Of a DNA stretch of 64,000 bases, positions 35,681 to 45,765 are shown one piece after another. The notes under the pieces are model-generated. The model saw nothing but the letters and a program-made list of their open reading frames with translations. It did no database searches and was not told where the DNA came from. How positions within the stretch are numbered: position 1 is the first letter of the stretch; each line of letters begins with the position of its first letter. The DNA lies in assembly GCA_964450805.1 (NCBI GenBank), contig CAYVDD010000001.1:134595-198594 (forward strand), read 5' to 3'. The stretch is from an uncultured Candidatus Saccharibacteria bacterium. GTDB taxonomy: Bacteria; Patescibacteriota; Minisyncoccia; Minisyncoccales; JANBVM01. The translations under genes were made by a program, and so were the position numbers.

Positions 35681-36716
35681 TGATTTTTTCTCTAAAATTA
35701 AATTTACTTTCAAAAAACAAAAAGTTGTTGTTATAACAGGCAATGCAAGAAAAAATACTTTTAATGCTGTTAGTCAAGTATTGCCTTCACATTTTAAAAT
35801 TGGAGAGGATGTTTTAATATTTGAAACAGAAGACAAAAAAATCTCTGATTATGAATTTTTCTTAAAAAATTCTAAAGAACCAGTATTAATTGTAACTAAT
35901 ATAGCTGACATACCAAGCAATACTGATTTTTTTGCTGGAGAAAGAGAATCAATTAAAAATACAAGAGAGATTGTTAAACTTTTGCCAGAAAATGTTAATT
36001 TAGTTTTGAATTTTGATGATGAAACCTCCAGAGAAGTGGGGGATTCTACAAAATTAAAGATTTTAACTTTTGGTTTACAGAATAGAGCAAGTTTTAAGGC
36101 CAGTGATTTTAAAATAAATGGTGGAACTAATTTTAAAATAAATTACAAAGGCAATACTGTTCCTGTTTGGCTGGAAAAAACGTTTGGCAAAGAACAGATT
36201 TATTCTGTTTTAGCAGCTGGTTGTGTTGGCGCTATTTTTGATTTGAACTTAGTAGAAATTTCAGAAGCATTTAAAAACTATCAGCCATTACCAGGAAGAA
36301 TGAGCTTAATCAGAGGAATTAAAAATTCATGGATTTTAGATGACAGCGAGTCAGCCAGTGTTTTTTCTATGATTGAAGCAATTGAAATTTTGGGCAGGCT
36401 CCGAGAATATAAAAGAAAAATTGCTGTTTTAGGAGATATTCTGGGTATTGGAAAATATACGATTGAAGCTCATGAGGCAGTAGGAGAGAGAATTGCTAAA
36501 AACATTGATTTGTTGTTTGTTTTTGGCCAGCGTGCTAAATTTATTAGCCAGGGTGCAATACAAAAAGGCATGGCTCAGGAAAAAGTTTTTGAATTTGATA
36601 CTATTGATGAGGGAAAGCTTGAAGTTCAGAATAAAATTAAAGAAGGTGATATTATTTTAATTGATGGTTCAACTGAAATGAAAATGAATAAAATTGTAAA
36701 AGAAATCAGATTGTAA
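35673..36716 (+). CDS. Mur ligase family protein (MurF/MurE-like, short and divergent)
   Basis: The P-loop region ITGNARKNTFNAV is degenerate compared with GxNGKTT. The central and C-terminal Mur ligase pattern is present (LDDSESAS, VLGDILGIG). It sits in the dcw position after ftsI. Confidence 0.55.
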   Translation: MNNDFFSKIKFTFKKQKVVVITGNARKNTFNAVSQVLPSHFKIGEDVLIFETEDKKISDYEFFLKNSKEPVLIVTNIADIPSNTDFFAGERESIKNTREIVKLLPENVNLVLNFDDETSREVGDSTKLKILTFGLQNRASFKASDFKINGGTNFKINYKGNTVPVWLEKTFGKEQIYSVLAAGCVGAIFDLNLVEISEAFKNYQPLPGRMSLIRGIKNSWILDDSESASVFSMIEAIEILGRLREYKRKIAVLGDILGIGKYTIEAHEAVGERIAKNIDLLFVFGQRAKFISQGAIQKGMAQEKVFEFDTIDEGKLEVQNKIKEGDIILIDGSTEMKMNKIVKEIRL

Positions 36717-36764
36717 AATTTTCATTTTCAAACAGGAAAAGTTGTGATAGGATATTGATGAAAT

Positions 36765-36836
36765 GGCCCCATCGTCTAGCGGCCAGGACGCCTGGTTCTC
36801 AACCAAGTAACAGGGGTTCGATTCCCCTTGGGGCCA
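36765..36836 (+). tRNA. tRNA-Glu (anticodon CTC)
   Basis: Aligns position-by-position with the bacterial tRNA-Glu architecture. Acceptor ggcccca/tggggcc. D region gtctagcggccaggac. Anticodon loop ttCTCaa. T arm agggg-ttcgatt-cccct. Confidence 0.8.
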
Positions 36837-36906
36837 CAATTGTATAAAATTAATGTAATTATATAGAAAAATCGCCAGAAAGGCGTTTTTTTGATAAAAT
36901 AAAAAT

Positions 36907-37482
36907 ATGAAAAAGATATTCTTCGTTACTTCCAATAAAGGTAAATATAGTTCTGCTAAAGCTTTTTTAAAGAAATACGGAATTGAAGTTGTTCAAAAGA
37001 GCTTAGAAATTCCTGAGTCTCGTGGCAGTTTTGAAGAGATTGCAGGACAGAAAGCAAGATTTGGATATAAAATCTTAAAAAAACCTGTCATAGCAATGGA
37101 TGCTGGTTTTTTTATTCATTCTCTTGATGGATTCCCAATGATGTTCACTAATTTTGTTCTTGGAACAATTGGTGTAGAAGGAATTATTAAACTTGTTAAA
37201 AATAAAAATAAGTCTTGCGAATTTCGAGAGGTACTTTCTTATTGTGACGGCCCCAGAGCAAAACCAAAGTTATTCAAACGGGTGGTTAAGGGTAGAATTT
37301 CTAATAAACCTCTTGGCAAGGTAAAACCGTATCATTGGTCTGAGCTTGCTTTGATTTTTATTCCTGAGAGAGAAAAAAGAACAATGGCAGAAATGACTAA
37401 GAAAGAGTTTATGAATTTTCGCAAGCGGGTTGATAATAATTCTCATTGGGAAGATTTTGGTAAATTTTTCTCAAAAGCTTAA
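36907..37482 (+). CDS. Non-canonical purine NTP pyrophosphatase (RdgB/HAM1 family-like)
   Basis: FVTSNKGK, EIPESRGSFEEIAGQKA and AMDAGFFIHSLDGFP parallel the ITPase motifs. The ATG lies 6 nt after TGaTAAAAT. Confidence 0.65.
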   Translation: MKKIFFVTSNKGKYSSAKAFLKKYGIEVVQKSLEIPESRGSFEEIAGQKARFGYKILKKPVIAMDAGFFIHSLDGFPMMFTNFVLGTIGVEGIIKLVKNKNKSCEFREVLSYCDGPRAKPKLFKRVVKGRISNKPLGKVKPYHWSELALIFIPEREKRTMAEMTKKEFMNFRKRVDNNSHWEDFGKFFSKA

Positions 37483-37570
37483 AATTATTGAAAATCTAAA
37501 CTAGTATTCAGTTCTAACTATTTATTATATCTGTCTTTTTTTTGTTTGGCTTTTAAGTTAAAATATTTCA

Positions 37571-40216
37571 ATGGCTAAATTTTTCTGGCACAATTTAAAA
37601 ACAAAAGAAGTTGAAAAAATTTTAAGAACCAGTATTAATAAAGGATTGGATGAAAAAGATGTAAAGCTTCGTCAGTTAGAATTTGGAATAAATGAGCTTC
37701 CAGAAGAAAAACCTTTTTCAAAAATAAAAATATTTTTTGAGCAGTTTACGAGCCCTTTAACATATATTCTTGTAATTGCAGGAATTGTTGTTTTATTTTT
37801 AAAAGAATTCACTGATGCTGTTGTTATTTTTGGCGCTGTTTTTTTAAATACAATTATTGGCTATTTTCAGGAAAATAAAGCTTCTCAGGCATTAGCAAAG
37901 CTTAAAAAAGTTGTGAAGCACAATGCAGAAGTTTTAAGAGAGAATAATTTAAAGGTTGTAGATTTGGAAAAACTGGTGCCAGGAGATATAGTTATTTTAA
38001 ATCCAGGAGATATAGTTCCAGCTGATGGAAGAATAGTAGAATCCACTGACTTGAAAGTAAATGAAATGGCTTTAACTGGTGAATGGCTTTCAGCAGAAAA
38101 AAAAGTAGAAATACTTTCTAAAGAAACTCCTTTAGCTGATAGGGATAATATGGTTTATATGGGAACAATTATTGAAGATGGAAAAGCAAAGGTATTGGTT
38201 GTTGAAACAGGAGCCCAGACTGAAATTGGAAAAATAGCTGCAATGCTCAAAGAAACAAAAGAAGAAAAAACACCTTATCAGAAAAAATTGGCAGGTTTTT
38301 CAAGGATTATCGGTATAATAATTGCGCTAATTTGCGCTTTTATTCTTATTGAAGGGACTATAAAAGGAATTGGTTTTGCTGAAATGTTTATTACTGCTGT
38401 AGCAGTTGCTGTGGCTGCTATTCCTGAAGGTTTGCCAGTGGCAATGACTGTTATTCTAGCTTTAGGCATGCAAAGGATTTTAAAAAAAGGGGGATTGGTC
38501 AGGAAACTATCTTCAGCTGAAACACTTGGCAGTACTTCTATTATTTGCACAGACAAAACAGCAACCTTAACTGAAGGAAAAATGAAGGTTGATAATGTAA
38601 TCGCAATCAATGAAATCTTAGGAAAAAAACAGAATAAAAGAGAATCTTTTCTGTCTTTAAAGATTGCTGCTTTTACTTCAGAAGCATTTATTGAGAATCC
38701 TAAAGATCCAAAAGATGAATGGATTTTCAGAGGAAGGCCTACTGACAAGGCTCTTCTTATGGCTGGTATTAAAAAGGGAATTAAGGCATATGGTCCAAGA
38801 TTCCTTAAAAACAAGATAGCTGAAATTCCTTTTAATCCAATCAATAAGTTTGTTGGAGCAATAATTCAACAAACAGACGGGAAATTTTTGTATATTTCTG
38901 GTGCACCAGAAAAAGTTTTAGAGCGCTCTAAATTTATTGAATTAAAAGGTAAAAAACTGGAATTAACTAAAAAAAGACTGGAACTTATTAATGAACAGCT
39001 TAAGAAATTAACTGGTGCAGGCCTGAGAATAGTGGCTTCAAGCTACAAAAGAGTAAGAGCCATTAATTCAGTGCTTGAAAAACCAGAAAAAGAAGCTCAC
39101 AGCCTTATTTTTGCTGGCTTTATTACTATAAAAGATCCTTTAAGAAAAGAGGTTAAAAAAGCTATCAGAATTTGCAGGCAAGCAGGAATGAAAATAATTA
39201 TTGTCACTGGCGACCATAAACTAACTGCTAAAGCAGTAGTCCGTGAATTAGGCTTTCAAATAAATGAAGAGAATATTTTAGAGGGAAAAGAATTAGACAG
39301 GCTTTCAGATGAAAAATTTAAAGAAATTTTAACAAAGATTAAAGTTTATGCCCGTGTTGAACCAAAACATAAAACAAGAATTGTTGAAGCCTGGCAGGAA
39401 AAAGGAGAAGTTGTAGCAATGACAGGAGATGGTATTAATGATGCTCCTGCTTTAAAAAAAGCAGATATTGGAGTAGCGCTTGGTTCAGGCACAGAAGTGG
39501 CAAAAGAAACTTCAGATTTAGTTCTTTTAAATGACAGTTTTTCAGTAATTGTTGAAGCAGTTCAGGAAGGAAGGTTAATTTTAGACAACATTAGAAAAGT
39601 AATAACTTATCTTTTAACCGACAGCTTTACAGAGGTAATTTTAATAGGAGCCAGTTTATTATTAGGCCTTCCTCTGCCAGTTACAGCTGTTCAGATTTTA
39701 TGGGTTAACTTAATTGAGGATGGTTTACCTGATATTGCTTTGGCTTTTGAACAGGAAGAAGAGGATTTAATGAAAATAAAGCCAAAAGGTCATAAAACTT
39801 CTCTTCTTACAAAAGAAATGAAAATAATAATCTTTATTATTGGTTTTATCACTGATTTTCTTCTTTTGGGAGTATTTATTTTATTGTTTCGGGCAGGACA
39901 TAATATTAATTATATAAGAACAATGGTTTTTGCTGCATTAACAATTGACTCATTGTTTTATATTTTTTCCTGCAAAAGCTTGAGAAAAAATTTATGGCAT
40001 ATTGATATTTTCTCAAACAAACTTCTTGTTACTGCATTACTGATTGGAATTAGTGCTCTTATAGGAGCAATTTATTTGCCTTTGCTTCAAGGATTTTTAA
40101 AAACTATTCCTTTAACATTGAATGATTGGTTAATTGTCTTAGGTTTGGGTTTCATTGAGCTGTTTTTAATTGAAACTACAAAATGGTATTTTATTGTCAA
40201 AAAACAATATGATTAA
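37571..40216 (+). CDS. P-type cation-transporting ATPase (Ca2+/PMCA-SERCA-like, P2 type)
   Basis: TGEW, ICTDKTATLT (phosphorylation site, with A replacing the usual G), TGDHKLTA, MTGDGINDAPALKKADIG, and 10 TM segments. Confidence 0.88.
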   Translation: MAKFFWHNLKTKEVEKILRTSINKGLDEKDVKLRQLEFGINELPEEKPFSKIKIFFEQFTSPLTYILVIAGIVVLFLKEFTDAVVIFGAVFLNTIIGYFQENKASQALAKLKKVVKHNAEVLRENNLKVVDLEKLVPGDIVILNPGDIVPADGRIVESTDLKVNEMALTGEWLSAEKKVEILSKETPLADRDNMVYMGTIIEDGKAKVLVVETGAQTEIGKIAAMLKETKEEKTPYQKKLAGFSRIIGIIIALICAFILIEGTIKGIGFAEMFITAVAVAVAAIPEGLPVAMTVILALGMQRILKKGGLVRKLSSAETLGSTSIICTDKTATLTEGKMKVDNVIAINEILGKKQNKRESFLSLKIAAFTSEAFIENPKDPKDEWIFRGRPTDKALLMAGIKKGIKAYGPRFLKNKIAEIPFNPINKFVGAIIQQTDGKFLYISGAPEKVLERSKFIELKGKKLELTKKRLELINEQLKKLTGAGLRIVASSYKRVRAINSVLEKPEKEAHSLIFAGFITIKDPLRKEVKKAIRICRQAGMKIIIVTGDHKLTAKAVVRELGFQINEENILEGKELDRLSDEKFKEILTKIKVYARVEPKHKTRIVEAWQEKGEVVAMTGDGINDAPALKKADIGVALGSGTEVAKETSDLVLLNDSFSVIVEAVQEGRLILDNIRKVITYLLTDSFTEVILIGASLLLGLPLPVTAVQILWVNLIEDGLPDIALAFEQEEEDLMKIKPKGHKTSLLTKEMKIIIFIIGFITDFLLLGVFILLFRAGHNINYIRTMVFAALTIDSLFYIFSCKSLRKNLWHIDIFSNKLLVTALLIGISALIGAIYLPLLQGFLKTIPLTLNDWLIVLGLGFIELFLIETTKWYFIVKKQYD

Positions 40217-41342
40217 AACATTAAAAGAAATTATTTTGCCAGTTGCTGTAATATCAAGCACTATTGTTGGAGTGGGACTTTTTTCTTTGCCATATATTGC
40301 TTCTAAAGTAGGCTTTGTAATAATACTTGGCTATTTTCTAGTTTTAGGAGTTATTGTTACTGTTATTCATTTGATTTTTGGAGAATTATCCCTGGCAACG
40401 CCTGACTTTAAGAGACTGCCTGGGTTTGCAAAAGTTCATTTGGGTGAGTGGGCAAAAAAGATAACCATGTTTTCTACGGTTTTTGGAATATCTGGAGCAA
40501 TCTTAGCTTATCTTATTGTTGGCGGAGAGTTTTTAAACAGCTTGCTTTTTCCAATTTTTGGAGGCAGTAATTTTTTTTACAATTATCTCTATTTTTTTCT
40601 GGGAGCAGTTTTAATTTTTTTCGGTATTAAAGCAGTAGCTAAAATAGGGTTTTGGTCATTAATTTTGTTCTTTTTAATTTTGTTCGCAATCTTTGTTCGT
40701 GGTCATTATCTTATAAATACAAGTAATTTTATAGCTTTTCCTTCTAACTTGTCAGACTTATTTTTGCCTTATGGCCCTATTTTATTTTCTTTGTCAGGAG
40801 CTGCTTTGATTCCTGAAGCTGAAGAAATGTTAAAGAAGAATAAAGAACTGCTTAAAAAAGTAATTATTATTTCCACAATAATTCCAATAATAATATCTCT
40901 GTTTTTTATTTACTTAATCTGGGGCATTACTGGACCTTTAACAACCCAGTCAGCGCTAACAGGGTTAAAGTCATATTTAGGTGATGGAATAGTAAATATG
41001 GCCTTGTTTCTGGGCTTTTTAACAACATTTACTTCTTTTATTGCTCTGGGTCTGACTCTTAAAAAAATACTATGGTATGATTTTGGGTTTCCTAAAAACT
41101 TAGCCTGGTTTTTAACCTGCTTTGTTCCTTTAGGGCTTTTTATTTTAGGGTTTCAAAGCTTTATTCGTGTTATAGGCTTGGTTGGAGCAATAGCTCTTGG
41201 TATTGAGGGAATTTTGATTTTGTTAATGTATAGAAAACTTTTGCTAAAAAGAGAAGAAATTAAAAAATCTTTATTGGTTTTTCCACTGATTATGATTTTT
41301 GTTTTTGGTATAATATATGAATTAATATACTTTTTTAGATAA
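40209..41342 (+). CDS. Amino acid permease (aromatic amino acid/Trp-Tyr permease-like)
   Basis: The start MIKTLKEIILPVAVISSTIVGVGLFSLPY was chosen (the ATG overlaps the ATPase stop). About 11 TM helices. Confidence 0.6.
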   Translation: MIKTLKEIILPVAVISSTIVGVGLFSLPYIASKVGFVIILGYFLVLGVIVTVIHLIFGELSLATPDFKRLPGFAKVHLGEWAKKITMFSTVFGISGAILAYLIVGGEFLNSLLFPIFGGSNFFYNYLYFFLGAVLIFFGIKAVAKIGFWSLILFFLILFAIFVRGHYLINTSNFIAFPSNLSDLFLPYGPILFSLSGAALIPEAEEMLKKNKELLKKVIIISTIIPIIISLFFIYLIWGITGPLTTQSALTGLKSYLGDGIVNMALFLGFLTTFTSFIALGLTLKKILWYDFGFPKNLAWFLTCFVPLGLFILGFQSFIRVIGLVGAIALGIEGILILLMYRKLLLKREEIKKSLLVFPLIMIFVFGIIYELIYFFR

Positions 41343-42295
41343 TGACCTGGACATATATTTTTATTTTTATTCTTTCTTCTTTTATTTTAGCTCGTTCTGG
41401 AATGTGGGTTGTGAAAGCGCTCATCAGAATTGCCCAATTTCTAAAATTAAGAGAATTTATAGTAGCTTCTTTTTTAATGGCTTTGGCAACTTCTTTGCCT
41501 GAAGTTTTTGTTGGTATTACATCAGCTATTTCTAAAAAGCCTGAACTTCCTTTTGGAGTTATTATTGGCTCTAATATTGTTGCTCTTACTGTTATGGTGT
41601 CTCTTGGAGCCTTGCTTGGTAAAGATTTACATATTAGGGGAAAGGTTTTGCAGAAATCTGCTTTATATGCTGCAGTTTATAGTCTTCTGCCTTTATTATT
41701 AATACTTGACGGTACGTTTTCTAAAAGAGACGGCATGATTTTACTGACAGCCTTGGTTTTTTATTTTTTTCAACTCATAGCTGAAGAAGAAAAATTCAGA
41801 AAAGTGTTTAACAATCAATTAAAAGGATGGCATCATTTTAAGATATTTGTAAAAGATATGTTTATCTTTTTAATTGGCGCTGCCATGCTTTTATTAAGCG
41901 CTGAAGGAGTTGTTTTTTCTGCCTCAAAACTGGCTGAGGTTTTTAACTTGTCATTAATGGTTATTGGAGTGTCTTTGGTGGCTTTAGGAACCTCTCTTCC
42001 TGAAATAGCTTTTGAGATAAGAGCAACTAGAATGGGCCATAAAACAATGATTCTTGGCGATATAATGGGTTCAGTTGTTATTAATGCTACTTTGGTTTTA
42101 GGTCTTGTGGGCGTACTCTCACCGTTTGCGATTACTGATTTTTCCCCCTATTTAATAGGAGCTGCTTTTACTCTGGTTGCTTGCTTATTTTTTATAAAGT
42201 TTGTAAGAAGTGAACGAAAAGTGACTGAAATAGAAGCTTTGTTTTTGTTTGGAATCTATATACTTTTTATTCTTGCTGAACTTTATTTGAAATAA
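41342..42295 (+). CDS. Ca2+/Na+ antiporter (CaCA/YrbG family)
   Basis: Two alpha-repeats: LATSLPEVFVGI and LGTSLPEIAFEI. Confidence 0.82.
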   Translation: MTWTYIFIFILSSFILARSGMWVVKALIRIAQFLKLREFIVASFLMALATSLPEVFVGITSAISKKPELPFGVIIGSNIVALTVMVSLGALLGKDLHIRGKVLQKSALYAAVYSLLPLLLILDGTFSKRDGMILLTALVFYFFQLIAEEEKFRKVFNNQLKGWHHFKIFVKDMFIFLIGAAMLLLSAEGVVFSASKLAEVFNLSLMVIGVSLVALGTSLPEIAFEIRATRMGHKTMILGDIMGSVVINATLVLGLVGVLSPFAITDFSPYLIGAAFTLVACLFFIKFVRSERKVTEIEALFLFGIYILFILAELYLK

Positions 42296-42352
42296 AAACC
42301 TTGTCAGTTTTTTATTGACTTAGAGCTTTTAATGGGTTAAATTATATATACA

Positions 42353-43348
42353 ATGATTGACCCCTTTTTAATTTCTGCTGTTTTTTTAGCTTTTACTGGC
42401 TGGGTGATAGCTGTTGTTCTTTATATTAGAAAATCAAAAATTGATGAAAATCAAAGCACTGGAATCAGAGATTTAGAAAGGCGCTTAACTGATTTGCTTA
42501 CTATTCAAATGAAAGAAGTAAAAGACAGTCAGATCAAGTCATCAAACACTTTTCATACCCAGATAAAAGAATTTACAAAAGAAACCACTCATTTGAAAGA
42601 AAACTTAGAGCAGATTCATAAAAAAGTAGAAAATGTTTCTTCTTTTCAGGAAATCTTTAAGTCGCCTAAATTAAGAGGCCAGTGGGGAGAAGCTTCCTTA
42701 AGCTATATTTTAGGCCAGTATTATCCTGTTGAATTATGGAAAAGCCAGCATGCGTTTTCATCAGGAGAGCAGGTTGATGCAATCCTTAAGCTTCCTGATA
42801 ATAAATTATTGCCAATAGATTCAAAATTTTCTTCTGATAATTTTGAAAGAATGGTTTATGCTAATTCAGAAGAAGAAAGAAAAAATTATCAGCAAAGCTT
42901 TTTAAGAGATTTAAAACTAAGGGTTGATGAGATAAGCTCAAAATATATAATACCATCTGAAGGAACAGTTGATTTTGCCCTGATGTATATTCCAGCTGAA
43001 GCAATTTATTATGAATTAATGTTTAATTTAAGAGAACAGGGGATTGCTGATTATGCCTGGAAGAAAAAAGTAGTTTTAACTTCTCCTAATACAATTTATC
43101 TGACATTAAGAGCATTTGAACAGTGGTTTAAAGATACCCAGATTTCAAAGCAAACTCAGGAAATTTTAAAGAGATTAAGCAGAATTAATCAGGATGCCGA
43201 CAAGCTAATGGATGATTTTAGAAAGCTCGGCAATCATTTAAAAAATGCAACTTCTTCTTATGATAATTCTGAGAAAAGATTAAATTTATTTTCAGACAAG
43301 GTTGAGAAATTATTAGAGATAAAAGAAAATAAAAAATTAGAAGGTTAA
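42353..43348 (+). CDS. rmuC: DNA recombination protein RmuC
   Basis: N-terminal TM helix, coiled coil, RGQWGE, DSKF, MYIPAE. Confidence 0.85.
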   Translation: MIDPFLISAVFLAFTGWVIAVVLYIRKSKIDENQSTGIRDLERRLTDLLTIQMKEVKDSQIKSSNTFHTQIKEFTKETTHLKENLEQIHKKVENVSSFQEIFKSPKLRGQWGEASLSYILGQYYPVELWKSQHAFSSGEQVDAILKLPDNKLLPIDSKFSSDNFERMVYANSEEERKNYQQSFLRDLKLRVDEISSKYIIPSEGTVDFALMYIPAEAIYYELMFNLREQGIADYAWKKKVVLTSPNTIYLTLRAFEQWFKDTQISKQTQEILKRLSRINQDADKLMDDFRKLGNHLKNATSSYDNSEKRLNLFSDKVEKLLEIKENKKLEG

Positions 43349-43349
43349 T

Positions 43350-43673
43350 ATGTTAGCAGTAATAAAAACAGGAGGTAAGCAGTATATTGTATCTCCTGGA
43401 GATAAAATAAAAATTGAAAAAATTGATAAAAAAGAGGGTGATGAAATAACCTTTAAAGAGGTTTTGTTATTGGAAAAAGGAAAGAAATTGGAGATTGGAG
43501 AACCTTTTGTTAAAAAAGCAAAGGTTATTGGAAAGATATTAAAACAGGGCAAGCATAAAAAAGTTATTATTTTTAAATACAGAGCCAGCAAGCGATATAA
43601 GGTGAAGAAAGGACACAGACAGCAATTTACTGAAGTAGAAATTAGCAAAATTGAAGCTGGAGGAACTAAATAA
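43350..43673 (+). CDS. rplU: 50S ribosomal protein L21
   Basis: MLAVIKTGGKQYIVSPGDKIKIEK...KVIIFKYRASKRYKVKKGHRQQFTEVEI. Confidence 0.92.
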   Translation: MLAVIKTGGKQYIVSPGDKIKIEKIDKKEGDEITFKEVLLLEKGKKLEIGEPFVKKAKVIGKILKQGKHKKVIIFKYRASKRYKVKKGHRQQFTEVEISKIEAGGTK

Positions 43674-43710
43674 ATCTATTGAAATTTAAAAACAGCTTGT
43701 AGGGCTGTTT

Positions 43711-44322
43711 TTATTTTCTTCCTTCTAAAGCGTTTTTTAAAGTTTCATTATCAGCATATTCCAGTTCTCCTCCTATTGGCAGTCCTCTTGCCAGACGGGT
43801 GATTTTTTTATTGAAAACTTTGAGTTCTCTTTCTATATAAAGAGCTGTTGCTTCTCCTTCAGTGGTTGAGTTTGTAGCAAGAATAATTTCTTTAATCTCA
43901 GGATTATTTTTTATTCTTTTTTTAAGTTCTTCAATCCTGATTTCTTTTTTACCTTGTTTTTTAAAACGGCTTACTATTCCATCCAGAATAAAATATCTGC
44001 CTTTGTATTTTTTTATCTTTTCAATGGCCAATAAATCAGTTTCTTTTTCAACAATACAGAGCTGGCTTTTGTCTCTTGAACTGTCAGAGCAGATTTTACA
44101 GAATCCATTGTTTTTATTTGCTGTCAGCTCAAAAGAGTTAAAACAAAAAAAACAGCTCTTAATGTTTCTTTTAAGATTGGAAATGGAATAAATTAGTTCG
44201 TCAGTCTCTTTTTTATCTGATTTTAAAAGATGAAAAACAAAACGGGCAGCTGTTTTTGGCCCGACTGTTGGGAATTTAGAAAACAAATCAATTAATTTTT
44301 GGATGCTTGGCGGATAATTCAT
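43711..44322 (-). CDS. recR: Recombination protein RecR
   Basis: The start MNYPPSIQKLIDLFSKFPTVGPKTAARF was chosen. Has a C4 zinc finger (CFFC...CKIC) and a Toprim region (CIVEKETD). Confidence 0.88.
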   Translation of the reverse strand: MNYPPSIQKLIDLFSKFPTVGPKTAARFVFHLLKSDKKETDELIYSISNLKRNIKSCFFCFNSFELTANKNNGFCKICSDSSRDKSQLCIVEKETDLLAIEKIKKYKGRYFILDGIVSRFKKQGKKEIRIEELKKRIKNNPEIKEIILATNSTTEGEATALYIERELKVFNKKITRLARGLPIGGELEYADNETLKNALEGRK

Positions 44323-44326
44323 AATT

Positions 44327-45679
44327 TTATTCTTCGTAGGTTTTTTCAAGGGTTCTAAAACTTACTCTTCCTTCATCAAAATATAGTTCAACCCTTCCAA
44401 CAGGACCATTACGGTGCTTAGCAATAATTAAATCAGCAATGTTTTTTCGTTCAGTTTCAGGTCTGTATCTGTCTTCCTTATAAATAAACATAACTACATC
44501 TGCATCCTGTTCAATTGTTCCGCTCTGGCGCAGGTCAGATAATCTTGGAATATGAGGAGAACGTTGTTCAACTGCGCGTGATAATTGTGATACAACCAGA
44601 ACAGGAATATTCATTTCTCTGGCTAAAGATTTTAAAGCTCGGGAATTTTCTGATACCTGCTGTACAGGGCTTGTGTATGCATCCATTGGTTCCATAAGCT
44701 GCAAATAATCAATTATAATTAAACCCAGTCCCTTTTTAGTTTGAAGCCTTCTGGACATTGCTTTCATCTGCAAAACATTAGAGCACAATGAATCGTGAAT
44801 ATAGATTGGAGCATCTGATAAAACTGACAGTGATTGCTGGATTCTTGTAAAGTCATTGTCTTCGCCTTCACTTGATAATCTTCCTGTTCTGAGCCTCCAT
44901 AAATCAACTCCAGAAATACTTGAAATTAATCTGTCAATTACCTGGTCTTTTGACATTTCCAAAGAAAATATTCCAACAGGAATTTTTTGTTCAACTGCAA
45001 TATTATAGGCAAAGTTTAATGCTAAAGCGCTTTTTCCTAAACTTGGTCTGGCAGCTAAAATTATTAGATCAGATTTCTGAAAACCAGCTAAAAGATTGTC
45101 TAAATCAGCAAGTCCGCTGGCAAGACCTCTTAAACCTCCTTTATGTTTTGATAATTTGTCAATTCTTTCAAAAGCTTGTTCTAAGTCGTCTTTTACTAAT
45201 ACAAAATCTTGAGATAAGCTTTTCTGGGCAATACTGAAAATCTTTCTTTCAGCTTTATCCAAAAGAACATCAGTCTCTTCTTTTTCTTCATAACCCAATT
45301 GGCCTATTTCATGTGATGCATTAATTAAATCCCTTAAAACTCTTTTTTTGTTAACTATTTTGGCGTAATTAAAAACATTGGTTGGAGTAGGAACAGTATT
45401 TATTAGTTCAGTTAAATATGCATTTCCACCTATTTCTTCAAGAATACCTTTTTCTTTTAATCTGTTTGAAACTGCTAAAAAATCAATTACATCATCTTTT
45501 TCAAAAAGCTCTAAACAAACCCTGTAAATTTCCTGATGAATTCGTTTGTAAAAGTCTTCGGGCTTTAAAAAATCAGCAACTTTAATAATTGTTGATTTAT
45601 CAATCATTAAGCATCCTAATACTGATTGTTCAGCTTCAATGGATTGAGGCGGTAATTTTTCTGGTAGTTGATCAGCCAT
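44327..45679 (-). CDS. dnaB: Replicative DNA helicase DnaB
   Basis: The start MADQLPEKLPPQSIEAEQSVLG was chosen. Walker A ARPSLGKSALALN, IIIDYLQLM and QLSRAVEQR. Confidence 0.92.
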   Translation of the reverse strand: MADQLPEKLPPQSIEAEQSVLGCLMIDKSTIIKVADFLKPEDFYKRIHQEIYRVCLELFEKDDVIDFLAVSNRLKEKGILEEIGGNAYLTELINTVPTPTNVFNYAKIVNKKRVLRDLINASHEIGQLGYEEKEETDVLLDKAERKIFSIAQKSLSQDFVLVKDDLEQAFERIDKLSKHKGGLRGLASGLADLDNLLAGFQKSDLIILAARPSLGKSALALNFAYNIAVEQKIPVGIFSLEMSKDQVIDRLISSISGVDLWRLRTGRLSSEGEDNDFTRIQQSLSVLSDAPIYIHDSLCSNVLQMKAMSRRLQTKKGLGLIIIDYLQLMEPMDAYTSPVQQVSENSRALKSLAREMNIPVLVVSQLSRAVEQRSPHIPRLSDLRQSGTIEQDADVVMFIYKEDRYRPETERKNIADLIIAKHRNGPVGRVELYFDEGRVSFRTLEKTYEE

Positions 45680-45765
45680 GTTTACTTCATTTTTAACATG
45701 AGAAAAGCTAATTGGCAAGAATTCGGCTTTCTTGATAAAATCTTTTATTGAAACAATTTTAAATT

